A stretch of 60,735 nt of DNA, taken from positions 1 to 60,735 of the IMG/VR virus record IMGVR_UViG_3300020395_000007; one strand, given 5' to 3'. The number at the start of each line of letters is the position of its first letter. Position 1 is the stretch's first letter. This DNA comes from a virus. Lineage: Duplodnaviria > Caudoviricetes. A program made the translations under genes and the position numbers. The notes below the pieces were generated by a model. It made no database searches, was not told the DNA's origin, and worked only from the letters and a program-made list of their open reading frames with translations. Positions 28,001 to 34,375 of the stretch are shown here, piece after piece.

Positions 28001-28581
28001 TAGTTGGATCTGCTATTACATTAAGTCAGATACAACAAGGTGATTACTTTGTTGTTACCAATTCTACAGTTGGTAATGCATCTACAAGTATAAAATCTTA
28101 TGATCCTAGTGATGTTGTTGTTGCAATAGGAACTGAATTTGTCAATAATGTTTACTGCGTTAATACCGTAGAGAATAAGACAGTTAATGTTCCTGGTGTT
28201 GGTGTAACAATGGTAAGAAGGATAAATTCTAGGGTTACTGGATTATCTACAATTACTTTTGACTCTACAGGAATTACTATGGATAATGAGATATATACTA
28301 TGGATAATTCTGTAGTTGGGTCTGGTAATTCTTATGCTGGTGATATTACAACTCCTTTAGGAATTGGAAACTATAGTTGGGGTAAGTTACAAACCAAATC
28401 CAAATTACAAAATAACTATAAATTCTATGGTGCAAATGGTATTGGTGTAGGAGAATATTCTACAACAGGTGAGAATGCTGATGATGAAACTATAATCATA
28501 GAACATTCTGCTACAGGTATTCACACTTCTTCTATTGTAAGAAGATTTGAGCCTTTGAGATCAATCAATTACATAGTCTAA
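13024..28581 (+). CDS. Giant baseplate wedge initiator (gp7-like) structural protein, 5185 aa, with YHYH-like domain and internal repeats
   Basis: Position after gp6; FYSSKGTDKSFKILFKALY; QDSLYYQNFSYSLKS; HSPIIGWAYDGNPIYGPYG; many GxGY repeats. Confidence 0.8.
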   Translation: MISTTDKRIQFNNIVENQLPSYVKEDYPLINDFLKQYYIAQEFDGAPVDLIQNIDKYIKLDNTTNIVDSIVLGTDVEITDTDIVVDLIKTPEGTNGFPDTYGLIKIDDEIITYESKTITTFVNCHRGFCGITSFTEEANAENLVFRSTERQAHSKGTEIENLSVLFLKKFLTKTKQQILPGIGERELTPNLNQNVFIKQSSDFYSSKGTDKSFKILFKALYDQDVSVIKPRDNLFTPSNANYKVADNFIVESFSGDPEELGTATLFQDPYEDTITKAYAPITYVEKVSTGTAGVGKTFYKLAVDSGYSRSGMTDGAIYGKFSVHSKTRVIGNVGIGTTVLDVDSTVGFPNSGELSIQYKNLSIGIVSYTAKSLTQFYGCTNLNGVILDGTDVGINTYAYGYSSLDQNKVIKIKINSVINSLNFDSDAYGYESGDKIKINTLGIGATGFKSNNWFYNGCPVYVVNSFELVDASDQTWEITLNKDHFFKVGDAAVLNGRDSSPRKCEIVSISSSKSFVISGQGALSTSDVYNIRRTISKAVPSGSNAIGAGISVFSTDIQNVYLDNDKLLVASPSIPSYGTQPLDAYDHSVTFSGTFSGINWEISSQDHAFYTGDSIYYSPNKITQNFINSAGQPTSRIVDGPGLVDEGIYFIERVDLNTIKLAKSKSDLLNNRYLSIPDNAPITVTDNKIQKSVYNNKILETQKILREIDSPNNEGQETKTKAGFTGILINGVEILNYKSRDYIYHGEVKSVDLLSTGSDYDVINPPPLKIDDNVGTGATGHVSVSGSIKEVRIVDPGFDYHEKPIITVSGGNGFGAVLTPNMKLIPHQVKFDATQKGERIILGQANSLINFTQKHKFLTGERIVYISDSETAVGGLSTASNYYVDVINDYKIRLHNKPWEAIVGLNTITFTSYGTGNQIIKSYANKSVLESINIVNSGTGYENKKRVTGTSGISTSLNTINISNHGYSSGERITYTSQETPVGGLTSGNDYYVTKVNEGAFKLSQVGVGGTYANYYYNTNQYLDLSSVGVGTHLFNYPEIKVKLTTSGFTTTAYEAQVQPIVRGELTSVQLSNNGVGYGSSDIINLEKQPLVTLVGGTNAQIEAVVNNGSIVDILIKNPGKDYTSVDLDIIGNGSGAILTPIITNGSITSINIVEGGVNYVQGSTYINIIPAGSGANFRSNLQSWNVNLVSRNINKFTVDDGYLVDGINSEETLQYSHLYAPRKLRERVFSVDQVGRTMYGSYDLSKDLGGNENTSSQHSPIIGWAYDGNPIYGPYGYITKAGGIIAQMKSGYNSRDAVSLANRPPFAPEGFFVEDYKYQKVSDETVLDENNGRFCVTPEFPEGVYAYFATVEEDIATSGQFVGYKQPSFPYLIGDKFKSKPNEFNFDKKSNQDEYDISESNWVRNTTPNNLHEEGIDYGYISLPNELKQTVDITGVAPGRIESIGIETGGKDYSVGDTIRFDNLGTKGSGASARVTMVEGKRFDTISVATSTITDCEIYPSNSYEILTNEPHNFLNGNLVSVTGLSTTSSGIEGVYPIKVETGSFTLVGLGTTVSGASDIEITGIITYFNARGNFDWVSINDTFEVGDNAGFFDQPERIQVLNKDERSSRIRVLRNVNVDPGLSTNSSLQTNTPIVEESKKFTIPAGLSTTFTGKKNTQYYFDPAESVGFGLTIGLTHTAHINNPGAGASILNIATRSIYLPAHKLSTGDEVTYSPSLPMFEGVEGIGIATVGVITAGYYNVSTPSPLEDGKKLFVAKINENLIGLSTVRVGIGSTGTFQGLADAYKDSTTLLFTAPSNPFEAHSFKTNYEPITATVTRHLTTAALQEDHGLSNGDEVIVNVNPGVASTYFVKYNDFNRRLIVNEVEFADTDVNIEKDSITIKNHGFVTEQKVVYTAISPAGGLENNRIYYLYVQDADTIKLCPTLWEAQQFKPNFVNITSATAGNIGPINPPLKGYKDSTLVFDVGDSSLAFIRDSQPYSAFELDFFTDNNFTESWNNRVTDIVRNGIAGINSTATVTITIDKYSPDSLYYNLTPLYETDLPPVKEEIQPDKEVFDSNKIEVKDSFFSGRRIVAIADTNKFDFTVGSLPEVTSYKNENPELSYKTSSRSAVGAIAEINIVNGGANYYSLPGITSVASITGSGAIVNPISTSIGQIKTTKVNDIGFDFPSDNTLRPTTNLPQTLFLNSLSRIESVGITSVGNGYIKAPTLLVFDGSTKERVDDIELKYKLGDDQVSVIKNKSNVSPVPPIILPINNTNGIGIATIGFTTATKEVVIGFNTGFSDVFPFDIGTQFLIENVSVGIGSTGFGFNSSAYDYKMFTVSKTTPNLGGIGSIFFNLEGMLPSGQEPGQYDPINSVGRVIPERDFPIFDVTLKNNDFFSNEVLTSPSATGTVESWNPITGVLKVVSNDKFVTNELVTGASSAASGITSSIRTFDSSINLDVSSKISSGWESNSGFLDDNQQRLQDSLYYQNFSYSLKSRIAYDTWQDVVSTLNHTLGFKKYSDYEVISDSSLPEGGSGYYIKGGGSGVENHVPASMVIGVTTALTYSDVISECIGVGNLNCVHDFDLVSENALQIGNSTLSNEIRFTSKTLTDYFESIGNRVLSIDDISPTFNSNPRPTPFSVVSNFTLSDVRAQKYITYVRDKRYLDERQIMIVDIVNDNYNAYISQYARVETEYDLGTFDFTVQGTDGQLLFYPTRSTVNDFDITCLSYNIDDNLAGIGTTQFGKTAIRTGSFDISGGTTTIASWYQDNQNAGKLLVEITGSSNEYEMDEINWITTPSQQNVNGTSTIDIIDYPQITTDVGEVASAGMGTYWAYKDGTQLKIDFIPHPATNRLFTVEPSEVNDTDDTITMINHRLSTGSGLKYTEGALPIGGLTSGTTYYVINVSEDLIQLATTEENAKENIPIDLTTSGTGQQFFRVLTVLNVIIKELYSGQNQQHIGIGNTVNMKHARLESNTIGIAANATPVSHLICRYETQIDANTDGYDGAYLMINVETGTTGNTNNGTAERYFSERMIIDDYNEGLQTGEVYEAEWGVLTYNESPNHSGLGTFGYELVKNPGGTSYVEVRFTPPAMKASSVTYMMNALKVQDDLQDQITFDNALIQSESSTYEGTHSDIKRAFNLTHNNYPIFEREFDGSDTEIISILDNTIKLPNHYFVTGEKLTYEPIGLGSSTNIGIATETIPGIGQTDRLPRTVYAVKVDEEKIKLASTAENALLGTPEILDITSVGIGTTMKFVTERQNTKVLVALDNIIQSPVVSTALTTHLEQQLFTTDNLVQVGSITSIFGGDLIKIGDEIMKVEGVGIGTANGIRVRRPWLGTKVGYAATSALVTKVQGNYNIVDNVLNFVEAPYGNVPFSSTTNEPDERDWVGIETGSSFQGRSFMRSGIPDTSSEAYSNNFIFDDISSNFDAIDSTFTLKTEGNNFTGVEQDNAIVLINDIFQEPGLVGDYFLEESAGITSVTFVGTARTITNDVGISSFPRGGVIVSVGSKAGLGYQPLVVAGGTANVSIAGTIGSVSIGNSGSGYRVGIQTVVNVGVVTTPNIPNKVVSIGTATISDGHVTGINVTNEQVFHAPSEIQNVTYTRTNGVTTVTTINPHGLSESEMVVLSGIAFTCDYAPAVSIYGAEYDNTTGIMTVMTATSHGIGSDKQVIFTGLGMTCGMDNGATTHIYPRGKDIAYNRPITILDDGAHYTVSNATYDPYTGKMSVTTSTNHGFTNNDFIKFKENSISFRCNKDDFETVHSYPRKGDYSIDRWLKISNVSANGFDVYVLDFTERPSSNTTIHVFHSALEGGLIHNNGKITVDVGAAGASDQYAHTWAGGNAVDAIKTGGDHTHRFVSATSGAVIKGGDYNHTFSSASDGGVSVTGIGTTTPTDATYDAEKGELVLTIPNHGLTVDDTITFNPDAITFTCEMDGNTTKHSYPRTTDPVAGIATAIVGTSQHTVTVNVGTSPLVKYDVSDATYTGSTGELVLTIENHSLRGSSTFTISNAEYDPISGIMTMTSAFHGLSTGDRIKIADNAITFRCDQDGYNSDHSYPRAAVHKGSGVVEPDPAHDKWLPVSKVDENKFAVRVVDNVPSSNVTTHVYQTSTPNGITKAGESVRIAKDSLTFTCSMDDYVSPHSYPRGTDPIYETSVSVASTTNNTVTLNVGVSTSVNYTVTNADYTASTGIMTMTLSEPHSLTTGTNIGITTESLTFTCTKDGNATQHKYPRKPDPTYNGVDVIDIGNLVQKDVTNATYIPSNGNLVLTIGSNHGLKIGDAVKIKTDSLAFTCAMDSDSSTHTYPRVTDPIHDKFVTISSANQSAGTITLPVGTTPEVSHDVTDATYNPDSGEMELTIGLHTLTEGTSIRLVANSLNFSCNNAGVQNRTYPRASGANTSGGADYAYNTSLEILAVTTTTILINVNGGQGAISHNYPHTFISATPGAVKSGGNYNHTYVGGTVANAVSVGSTVLSVNIGVSTVPTFYKSGGVVQQAIVAPRAKNLSPSGVDPAVDGSVVVKVLDSTSFEVNSGLSTRHHLYARGGKVDPFLDVVIDEPLSYSNVPLVYSGSAPAGVGTYATADIIVGQGSSVISFSINNSGYSYGVGETLTVSSGGTLGIPTTSDFDEFQLTVQDIFTDEFNGWSMGMLQTLDNVDHLFDSKRVTFPIKVGGNIIAIKSSEGSNINVEDTLLVFVNDILQVPGKGFRFDGGSVITFGEAPKKGDTSKILFYKGSGDVDVVFRNIIDTVKRGDSLQIENDPEKDQPYYMTEDERIATQIISIDTAQTDPYPGPGNTDDANLLRPVIWCRQTEDMIIDETQVGKARELYEPVISPTAYVTRPISAGSTEVYVDNLRPLFDGKNENNVDPYLLFQKKVTFVDMETQIGASATATLSGDGIISVTVTDGGVGYSTTPTVSIQNPIGIGSTALATATINNTGSVSGVTVSYAGTGYNSIPQVLIAPPTLSEETKPINWFAGDSGTIVGFGTTTKANSDYLMFDFHIPLESDLRDGSLVGSAITLSQIQQGDYFVVTNSTVGNASTSIKSYDPSDVVVAIGTEFVNNVYCVNTVENKTVNVPGVGVTMVRRINSRVTGLSTITFDSTGITMDNEIYTMDNSVVGSGNSYAGDITTPLGIGNYSWGKLQTKSKLQNNYKFYGANGIGVGEYSTTGENADDETIIIEHSATGIHTSSIVRRFEPLRSINYIV
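23760..26380 (+). repeat. About 9 degenerate protein repeats (xAxY...G.l.lT...HGl..Gd...sltFtC..D...HsYPR..DP)
   Basis: Repeated YPR, FTC and ATYD motifs in the translation. Confidence 0.8.
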
Positions 28582-28606
28582 ATACTTTATAAACTAGGGA
28601 ATAAGA

Positions 28607-29959
28607 ATGGCCAAACTAGGTATATCAACAGGAACGGTTGCCAATGATGGTACTGGTGATACCCTGAATGAAGCTGGTACTAAATCGAATGCCAATTTTG
28701 ATGAGGTTTATACCTATCTTGGTGATGGAACTAACTTGGGTTCTACAGGAACTAGTCAGTTAGTCGCTGGTAAATTGCAAGTTGGTGCTGGAGAGAGTAC
28801 GGGAGATGCTAATGTTGCTACATTTAATGGATCAGTTAACTTAAACGGTGGAGATATAAGAGTTGGTGGTGGTGCGTCTATAACAGGAATTACAACGATT
28901 AAAGGAGATACTGTTGTTCATGGAGATGTTTATATTCATGCTGGTATTGTAACTGCTGGTACTGGTGTTGTTACTTATTTTGGTGATGGTGGAAATCTTA
29001 CTGGTCTAGGTGGTGCTGGTAGATGGACAGGTGATGCAACTGGTATTAGTACAACAAAAATAGTTGGTATTAATACTATTAGTTCTTCTGCTGGTATTGC
29101 ATTAACAGTTAATGGTCCTACTTATTTGGGTGGGGTAACAACCTGTTCTAGCCACATCCATGCAACACAATTTAATGCAAACGGTGCTTTTTTACTGACT
29201 GATAGACTAGCATTACAACACGATCCTGTTAATCCATATACATCTTGGGGTGATTTCTTAGCAAGTGGTGAAGGACTTCAGATTATTGGTTCTCCAGATG
29301 GTAGTGGAAAATCACTTCCAATTCATATTAGAGGAAGAGAAAGTGGAGGAAGTGGTCTTACGTCAAATTATGTTACAAGTTTCTATACATCTGGTGGTGC
29401 TAAAGGTGGTGCAAATTTTACTGGTATAGTTACTGCACAACAATTTAGTGGTGATATTGCTGGTGTAGGTGCTACATTTACTACTGTTTCTGCTGGTGGT
29501 TCTGTTACTGCTAATTCATTTTATGGTGATGGATCAAATCTAGAAGGTGTTGCAAGTTCTGGTATTGGATTATCAATAAGAGAAACAATAACTAAGACAG
29601 TTAGTGGTATTGGTATTGGTAATACATCAAATACCTCATTTACTGACGGTAGAAAATCTTACGTATTACAAAAAGTTGGTGTTTCTAGTGCTTCCAGAGT
29701 AGTTTTATATACTGATCAAAATTCTATGGCTGCAGATGCTGGTAGAAGTGCAACAACAGACCCATTACCAGGTTCTGGTGTAATAGCAGAAATTAATACA
29801 AATACAACAGGTGTTAGTACATTTTTAATGAGTCCTGGTTTGATTGGGTGGAATAATGATGCTACTCCATCTGATAATATTTGGGTATCTGTTACGAATA
29901 ATGAAACATCAACGGCAAACATTACAGTATCTCTGACAATTGTTCAGTTGGAGGCTTAA
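28607..29959 (+). CDS. Baseplate/fibre protein with gp9/gp10-like N-terminus
   Basis: ISTGTVANDGTGDTLNEAGTKSNANFDEVY; GIVTA..F.GDG fibre repeats; TAAATA at 28579. Confidence 0.7.
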   Translation: MAKLGISTGTVANDGTGDTLNEAGTKSNANFDEVYTYLGDGTNLGSTGTSQLVAGKLQVGAGESTGDANVATFNGSVNLNGGDIRVGGGASITGITTIKGDTVVHGDVYIHAGIVTAGTGVVTYFGDGGNLTGLGGAGRWTGDATGISTTKIVGINTISSSAGIALTVNGPTYLGGVTTCSSHIHATQFNANGAFLLTDRLALQHDPVNPYTSWGDFLASGEGLQIIGSPDGSGKSLPIHIRGRESGGSGLTSNYVTSFYTSGGAKGGANFTGIVTAQQFSGDIAGVGATFTTVSAGGSVTANSFYGDGSNLEGVASSGIGLSIRETITKTVSGIGIGNTSNTSFTDGRKSYVLQKVGVSSASRVVLYTDQNSMAADAGRSATTDPLPGSGVIAEINTNTTGVSTFLMSPGLIGWNNDATPSDNIWVSVTNNETSTANITVSLTIVQLEA

Positions 29960-29962
29960 TAA

Positions 29963-32785
29963 ATGGATGATATAAAGAGAGAATATATTGTTACTGTTAA
30001 AAAACACAGTGACTTAGAAGAACTTTATGATGGGATGGAAACTCCTGGAAGTGACGGATTTTGTCCAGAAAGAGAAGTTGAATTAATTGCAAGAAGAAAT
30101 ATTAGTAGAAATACACATTATAAGTTAACTGAATCAGAAGCAAATAATATAAAAAATAATCCAAATGTATTAGCTATAGAATTAGCACCTCATGAAAGGG
30201 GTATTATAGCAGAATCCTTATGGGGACCGCAGACGGGTGATTTCCAAAAAGATACGACTTTTACTAGTGGGCAGCAACAATGGGGATTAAAAAGAGTTAT
30301 TGATGGTGTCCAAACAAATAATTGGGGTACTAATGGGCAATTAGTTATAAATGATACGATACAAACAGGAGCCTCTGGAAAAAATGTTGATCTTGTGATT
30401 GTAGATAGTCATATAAATCATGAGCATCCAGAATTTTGGATAAATCCTACTGTTAATACTGGATCTAGAGTAAATCAAATTGATTGGTTCCAATACTCAG
30501 CTAATATAGGTGATTCTAACGCTGCTGGAAAAACTTACACATATAGTACTGGTGGATATAATGCTGGTAATAGCAATCATGGTACTCATGTTGCTGGTAC
30601 TGCTGGAGGTAATACTCAAGGATGGGCAAGAGACGCAAATATTTACAATATGGAATTTTCTACCAATAATGTTAATTCCTTATCTGGTACAAGTTATTCT
30701 GATTGGGACTTGTATCTTTTTGATTATTTAAGAGAATTTCATAAATGGAAGGGTATTAATAGTAAGACAGGAAGAAAAAATCCAACCGTAACAAATCATA
30801 GTTGGGGTTATAGTCAAGGTTCTCCTGATCTTAACAGTATTACAAGTGTTACTTATAGAGGAACTACTACATCAGTATCTGGATCAGACCCTGAAAGAAA
30901 AACTATATTAGAAGCAAATGGATGTCCTGTACCATATAACACATATTTACGTAGAGTTCCTGTAAGAGTATGGGCTCTTGAGGCTGATATACAGGATGCT
31001 ATTGAAGATGGTATTATTGTTATTAGTTCTGCTGGTAATTCTTATTGGATGATGGATTTATCTACTGGATCTGATTGGAATAATTATTATTCTATTGGTG
31101 CTAGTAATTATTATCATTCTCAGGGATCAAGTCCAGGAGCAGCTCCTGGTGTAATTTGTGTTGGGTCTGTCGGAACATTAGTAGAAGAATATAAATCAGC
31201 TTTTACTAATATTGGTAAAAGAGTTGATGTATTTGCACCTGGATCAGATATAATTTCTGCTGTTTGGGACACTAGTGCAGTTAATGAATGGGGATCACCT
31301 TGTGTTGTTGATCCTAGAGATTCTAATTTTTTCCTTACTGATATTAGTGGTACTAGCATGGCATCACCTCAAGTAGCAGGTTATATTGCATGTCTAGCAG
31401 AACAGGAACCAAATATTACACCTGCAAGTGCATTGCAGCATTTAATAGATTACTCAAAGAAGGATCAAATTTCTAGTGATGGACCTGCAGTAGGTTATGG
31501 TGAAGCAGAATATACAACACCAGGAACATATCAATGGACATGTCCTGCTGGTATAACAAATGTATCGGTTGTTTGTGTAGGTGCTGGTGGGGGAGATAGA
31601 ACTGCTGGTGGAGGTGGATTAGGATGGAAAAATAATATTCCAGTAGTACCTGGTACATCTTATACTGTAGAAGTTGGAGCAGGAGATCCAAATCTTTCTG
31701 GTGGACATTCATATTTTATAGATATGAACACTGTTAGTGGTGAAGGTGGGGCAAATACTGCCAATGGTGGTACTGGTGGATCATTTACTGGAGATGGTGG
31801 TGGAGATGGTGGTGATGGTGCAATAGTACCACATGGTGATAATGGTGGAGGTGGTGGTGCTGGTGGATATACTGGTAAAGGTGGATCTGGTGGATTTTAT
31901 GGTTCAAGTCAGGGAACAGATGGACAAGGTGGAGGCGGTGGCGGTGGATCTGGATGGTCGAATAGTGGGCAACAAGGTTCTGGTGGTGGAGGAGTAGGAA
32001 TATATGGACAAGGTGCTGATGGTATTGGTGCTAGTTCAGGAAATGGTGGTGGCGGTGGTTCTGGTGGTACTACCCCAAGTGTTAGTAACAGTGCTCCAAA
32101 TGGTAGAGCTGGTGGATTATATGGTGGTGGAGCAGGAACGTATACTGCTGGTGCTTTCCAATCTTGTAGTGGTGGTGGCGGTGCAGTTCGTATATTATGG
32201 TGGACTGATCCAGCTACAACAAGATCTTTTCCTTCGACCAATGTAGCAAAAGTTGCGTTGTGGTCAGAAAATTATAAAGATATTGTTGATAGTCCTAATA
32301 GGTATCTTTATTATCAAAAGAAGAGACCTGATTCTGGTTTAGTATATCCACATGAAAATCATGGAAACCATTCACAGTCTTCTGGTATTTCATATCCAAG
32401 ACCAAATAAAGTAACTTATAAAACAGAGACTTTCCATGAAGAATTTCAATGGAATTTTAGTGTAACTGGTTCAGCTGGAAATCCATATACCTTTTCTGAA
32501 GGTTATGATAGAAATGGTTCTGTAGGTGGTGGCAATGTAACTATTACATTCAAGCAAGGTGATACTTTAGCACTTACAATTAGTGCTATTGGACATAATT
32601 TATGGATTAGTAATAGAGAAGGTACTGGTATGCCATCTCCATCTGAAACTCCAGGCGGAATTACTAATAACGGTACTGATAATGGTGCTCTTGTTTGGGA
32701 CACTGAAGGAATTGCTCCAGGTACTTATTGGTATAATTGCCAAACTCATTCTGGTATGCGTGGAAACATCGTGATAACTTCCTAA
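29963..32785 (+). CDS. Subtilisin-like (S8) serine protease with Gly-rich domain and C-terminal cupredoxin-like domain
   Basis: VIVDSH (Asp), HGTHVAG (His), SAGN (oxyanion Asn), SGTSMASPQVAG (Ser); C-terminal GH...YNCQTHSGM. Confidence 0.85.
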   Translation: MDDIKREYIVTVKKHSDLEELYDGMETPGSDGFCPEREVELIARRNISRNTHYKLTESEANNIKNNPNVLAIELAPHERGIIAESLWGPQTGDFQKDTTFTSGQQQWGLKRVIDGVQTNNWGTNGQLVINDTIQTGASGKNVDLVIVDSHINHEHPEFWINPTVNTGSRVNQIDWFQYSANIGDSNAAGKTYTYSTGGYNAGNSNHGTHVAGTAGGNTQGWARDANIYNMEFSTNNVNSLSGTSYSDWDLYLFDYLREFHKWKGINSKTGRKNPTVTNHSWGYSQGSPDLNSITSVTYRGTTTSVSGSDPERKTILEANGCPVPYNTYLRRVPVRVWALEADIQDAIEDGIIVISSAGNSYWMMDLSTGSDWNNYYSIGASNYYHSQGSSPGAAPGVICVGSVGTLVEEYKSAFTNIGKRVDVFAPGSDIISAVWDTSAVNEWGSPCVVDPRDSNFFLTDISGTSMASPQVAGYIACLAEQEPNITPASALQHLIDYSKKDQISSDGPAVGYGEAEYTTPGTYQWTCPAGITNVSVVCVGAGGGDRTAGGGGLGWKNNIPVVPGTSYTVEVGAGDPNLSGGHSYFIDMNTVSGEGGANTANGGTGGSFTGDGGGDGGDGAIVPHGDNGGGGGAGGYTGKGGSGGFYGSSQGTDGQGGGGGGGSGWSNSGQQGSGGGGVGIYGQGADGIGASSGNGGGGGSGGTTPSVSNSAPNGRAGGLYGGGAGTYTAGAFQSCSGGGGAVRILWWTDPATTRSFPSTNVAKVALWSENYKDIVDSPNRYLYYQKKRPDSGLVYPHENHGNHSQSSGISYPRPNKVTYKTETFHEEFQWNFSVTGSAGNPYTFSEGYDRNGSVGGGNVTITFKQGDTLALTISAIGHNLWISNREGTGMPSPSETPGGITNNGTDNGALVWDTEGIAPGTYWYNCQTHSGMRGNIVITS

Positions 32786-32810
32786 ATAAATAAATAAAAA
32801 CTCGGCCAAA

Positions 32811-34358
32811 ATGTCTGCAATTATAACCGATCAGATTAGAATATTAAACGCAAAGAATTTTGTTGCTGGTGTAGGTAACACTGACAATTCTTACTATTCT
32901 TTTATTGGTCTTCCTAATCCAGAGGATTATCAAACTAATTGGGATACTGATCCTCCTACTCCCAAAGATTCTTTTGATGAGGAAATGGGATATTGGGATA
33001 GCATGATTGCTCTCAAAAAGGTTAACAATGCAGATATTAGACAGGTTGTAACAAAGAGAGTATGGAAGTCTGGTACAAAGTATGATATGTACCGTCATGA
33101 TTATAGTAGATCTAATACATCATCAATATCTAAGGCAACTAATTTATATAATGCATCATATTATGTTATAAATGAAGATTACCGAGTTTATATGTGTCTA
33201 CAAAATGGCACAAGTCCAGATTATCCAAATGGACAAATTTCATTAGATCAGCCAACATTTACTGATTTAGAGCCAAGAGCAGCAGGAACAAGTAATGATG
33301 GTTATGTTTGGAAATACCTTTATACTATTAAACCAAATGAAATTATAAAGTTTGAGACTTCTGATTTTATTCCTGTTCCCCAGGAATGGGAGACTTCACC
33401 AGATAATGCTCCTGTTAGAGAAAATGCAATAGAAGGTTCTATTAAAATAGTTACTATTACTAATGCTGGTATTAATGTTGGTGCAATATCAACATCATAT
33501 ACAAGAGTTCCTATTAATGGAGATGGAAATGGTGCAGAAGCAACAGTTGTTGTTAACAATGATCTAAAAATAGATTCCGTTACAATTTCTAGTCAAGGTT
33601 CTGGATACACTTACGGAACTTTAGATTTAGCAGCAGGAGGTGTACCTGTTGCAAGTACTGAACCTGAATTTAATGTTATCATACCACCATCTGGTGGTCA
33701 TGGTGCTGACATATACAGAGAACTTGGTGCTTATAATGTTTTATTGTACTCTAGATTAGAAAATGATACTGAAAACCCTGATTTTATAACAGGTAACCAA
33801 TTTTCCAGAATTGGAGTTGTAGAAAATCCTCTTGCACCAAATAGTATTATTCCACTAACACTAGATAAAGCAAGTGCATTATCTGCTCTTAGATTAACTG
33901 GTATTGGTTATAGTTCTGCTACTTTTAGTGCAGATAGTCAATTTGTACAAACAATTGGTACAGGTCTTACTGCTGTTGGTAGAGTTGTTAGTTATGATCA
34001 AACAACAGGTGTTCTAAAATATTGGCAAGATAGAGTTGGATTTAATACTGTAGGTGCTGCTTTAACAAATGCACCTTATGGTTATGAACAACTAGAATTT
34101 ACTAGTAGTCCTTCTTCAGGTGGAACTATAGTAATTACTCCAACAACAGGATCTAACTTACAAATAGATTCATCCTTTAGCGGTTTTAGCACCTCTATAA
34201 ATAATAGGACATATAACCTTGGTCAAGACTTTACTAACGGTATTTCTTCCCCTGAAGTTAAACGATATTCAGGTAATATAATTTACGTTGATAACAGACC
34301 ATCTGTTAATAGGTCAGTAAACCAAAAAGAAGATATTAAAGTCATCTTGCAATTCTAA
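32811..34358 (+). CDS. gp8: Baseplate wedge subunit gp8
   Basis: YDMYRHDY, YYVINEDYRVYMCL, DGYVWKYLYTI, YSGNIIYVDNR...QKEDIKVILQF. Confidence 0.88.
   Translation: MSAIITDQIRILNAKNFVAGVGNTDNSYYSFIGLPNPEDYQTNWDTDPPTPKDSFDEEMGYWDSMIALKKVNNADIRQVVTKRVWKSGTKYDMYRHDYSRSNTSSISKATNLYNASYYVINEDYRVYMCLQNGTSPDYPNGQISLDQPTFTDLEPRAAGTSNDGYVWKYLYTIKPNEIIKFETSDFIPVPQEWETSPDNAPVRENAIEGSIKIVTITNAGINVGAISTSYTRVPINGDGNGAEATVVVNNDLKIDSVTISSQGSGYTYGTLDLAAGGVPVASTEPEFNVIIPPSGGHGADIYRELGAYNVLLYSRLENDTENPDFITGNQFSRIGVVENPLAPNSIIPLTLDKASALSALRLTGIGYSSATFSADSQFVQTIGTGLTAVGRVVSYDQTTGVLKYWQDRVGFNTVGAALTNAPYGYEQLEFTSSPSSGGTIVITPTTGSNLQIDSSFSGFSTSINNRTYNLGQDFTNGISSPEVKRYSGNIIYVDNRPSVNRSVNQKEDIKVILQF
34196..34203 (+). promoter_or_regulatory. 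T4-type late promoter
   Basis: TATAAATA inside the gp8 3' end, upstream of the next gene. Confidence 0.45.
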
Positions 34359-34375
34359 ACGGATTATAAAGTATT

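Noticed and set aside
31500-32250. Gly-rich stretch as collagen or a diversity-generating retroelement target
   Set aside because: No Gly-X-Y periodicity, no template/variable repeat pair and no reverse transcriptase in the window.
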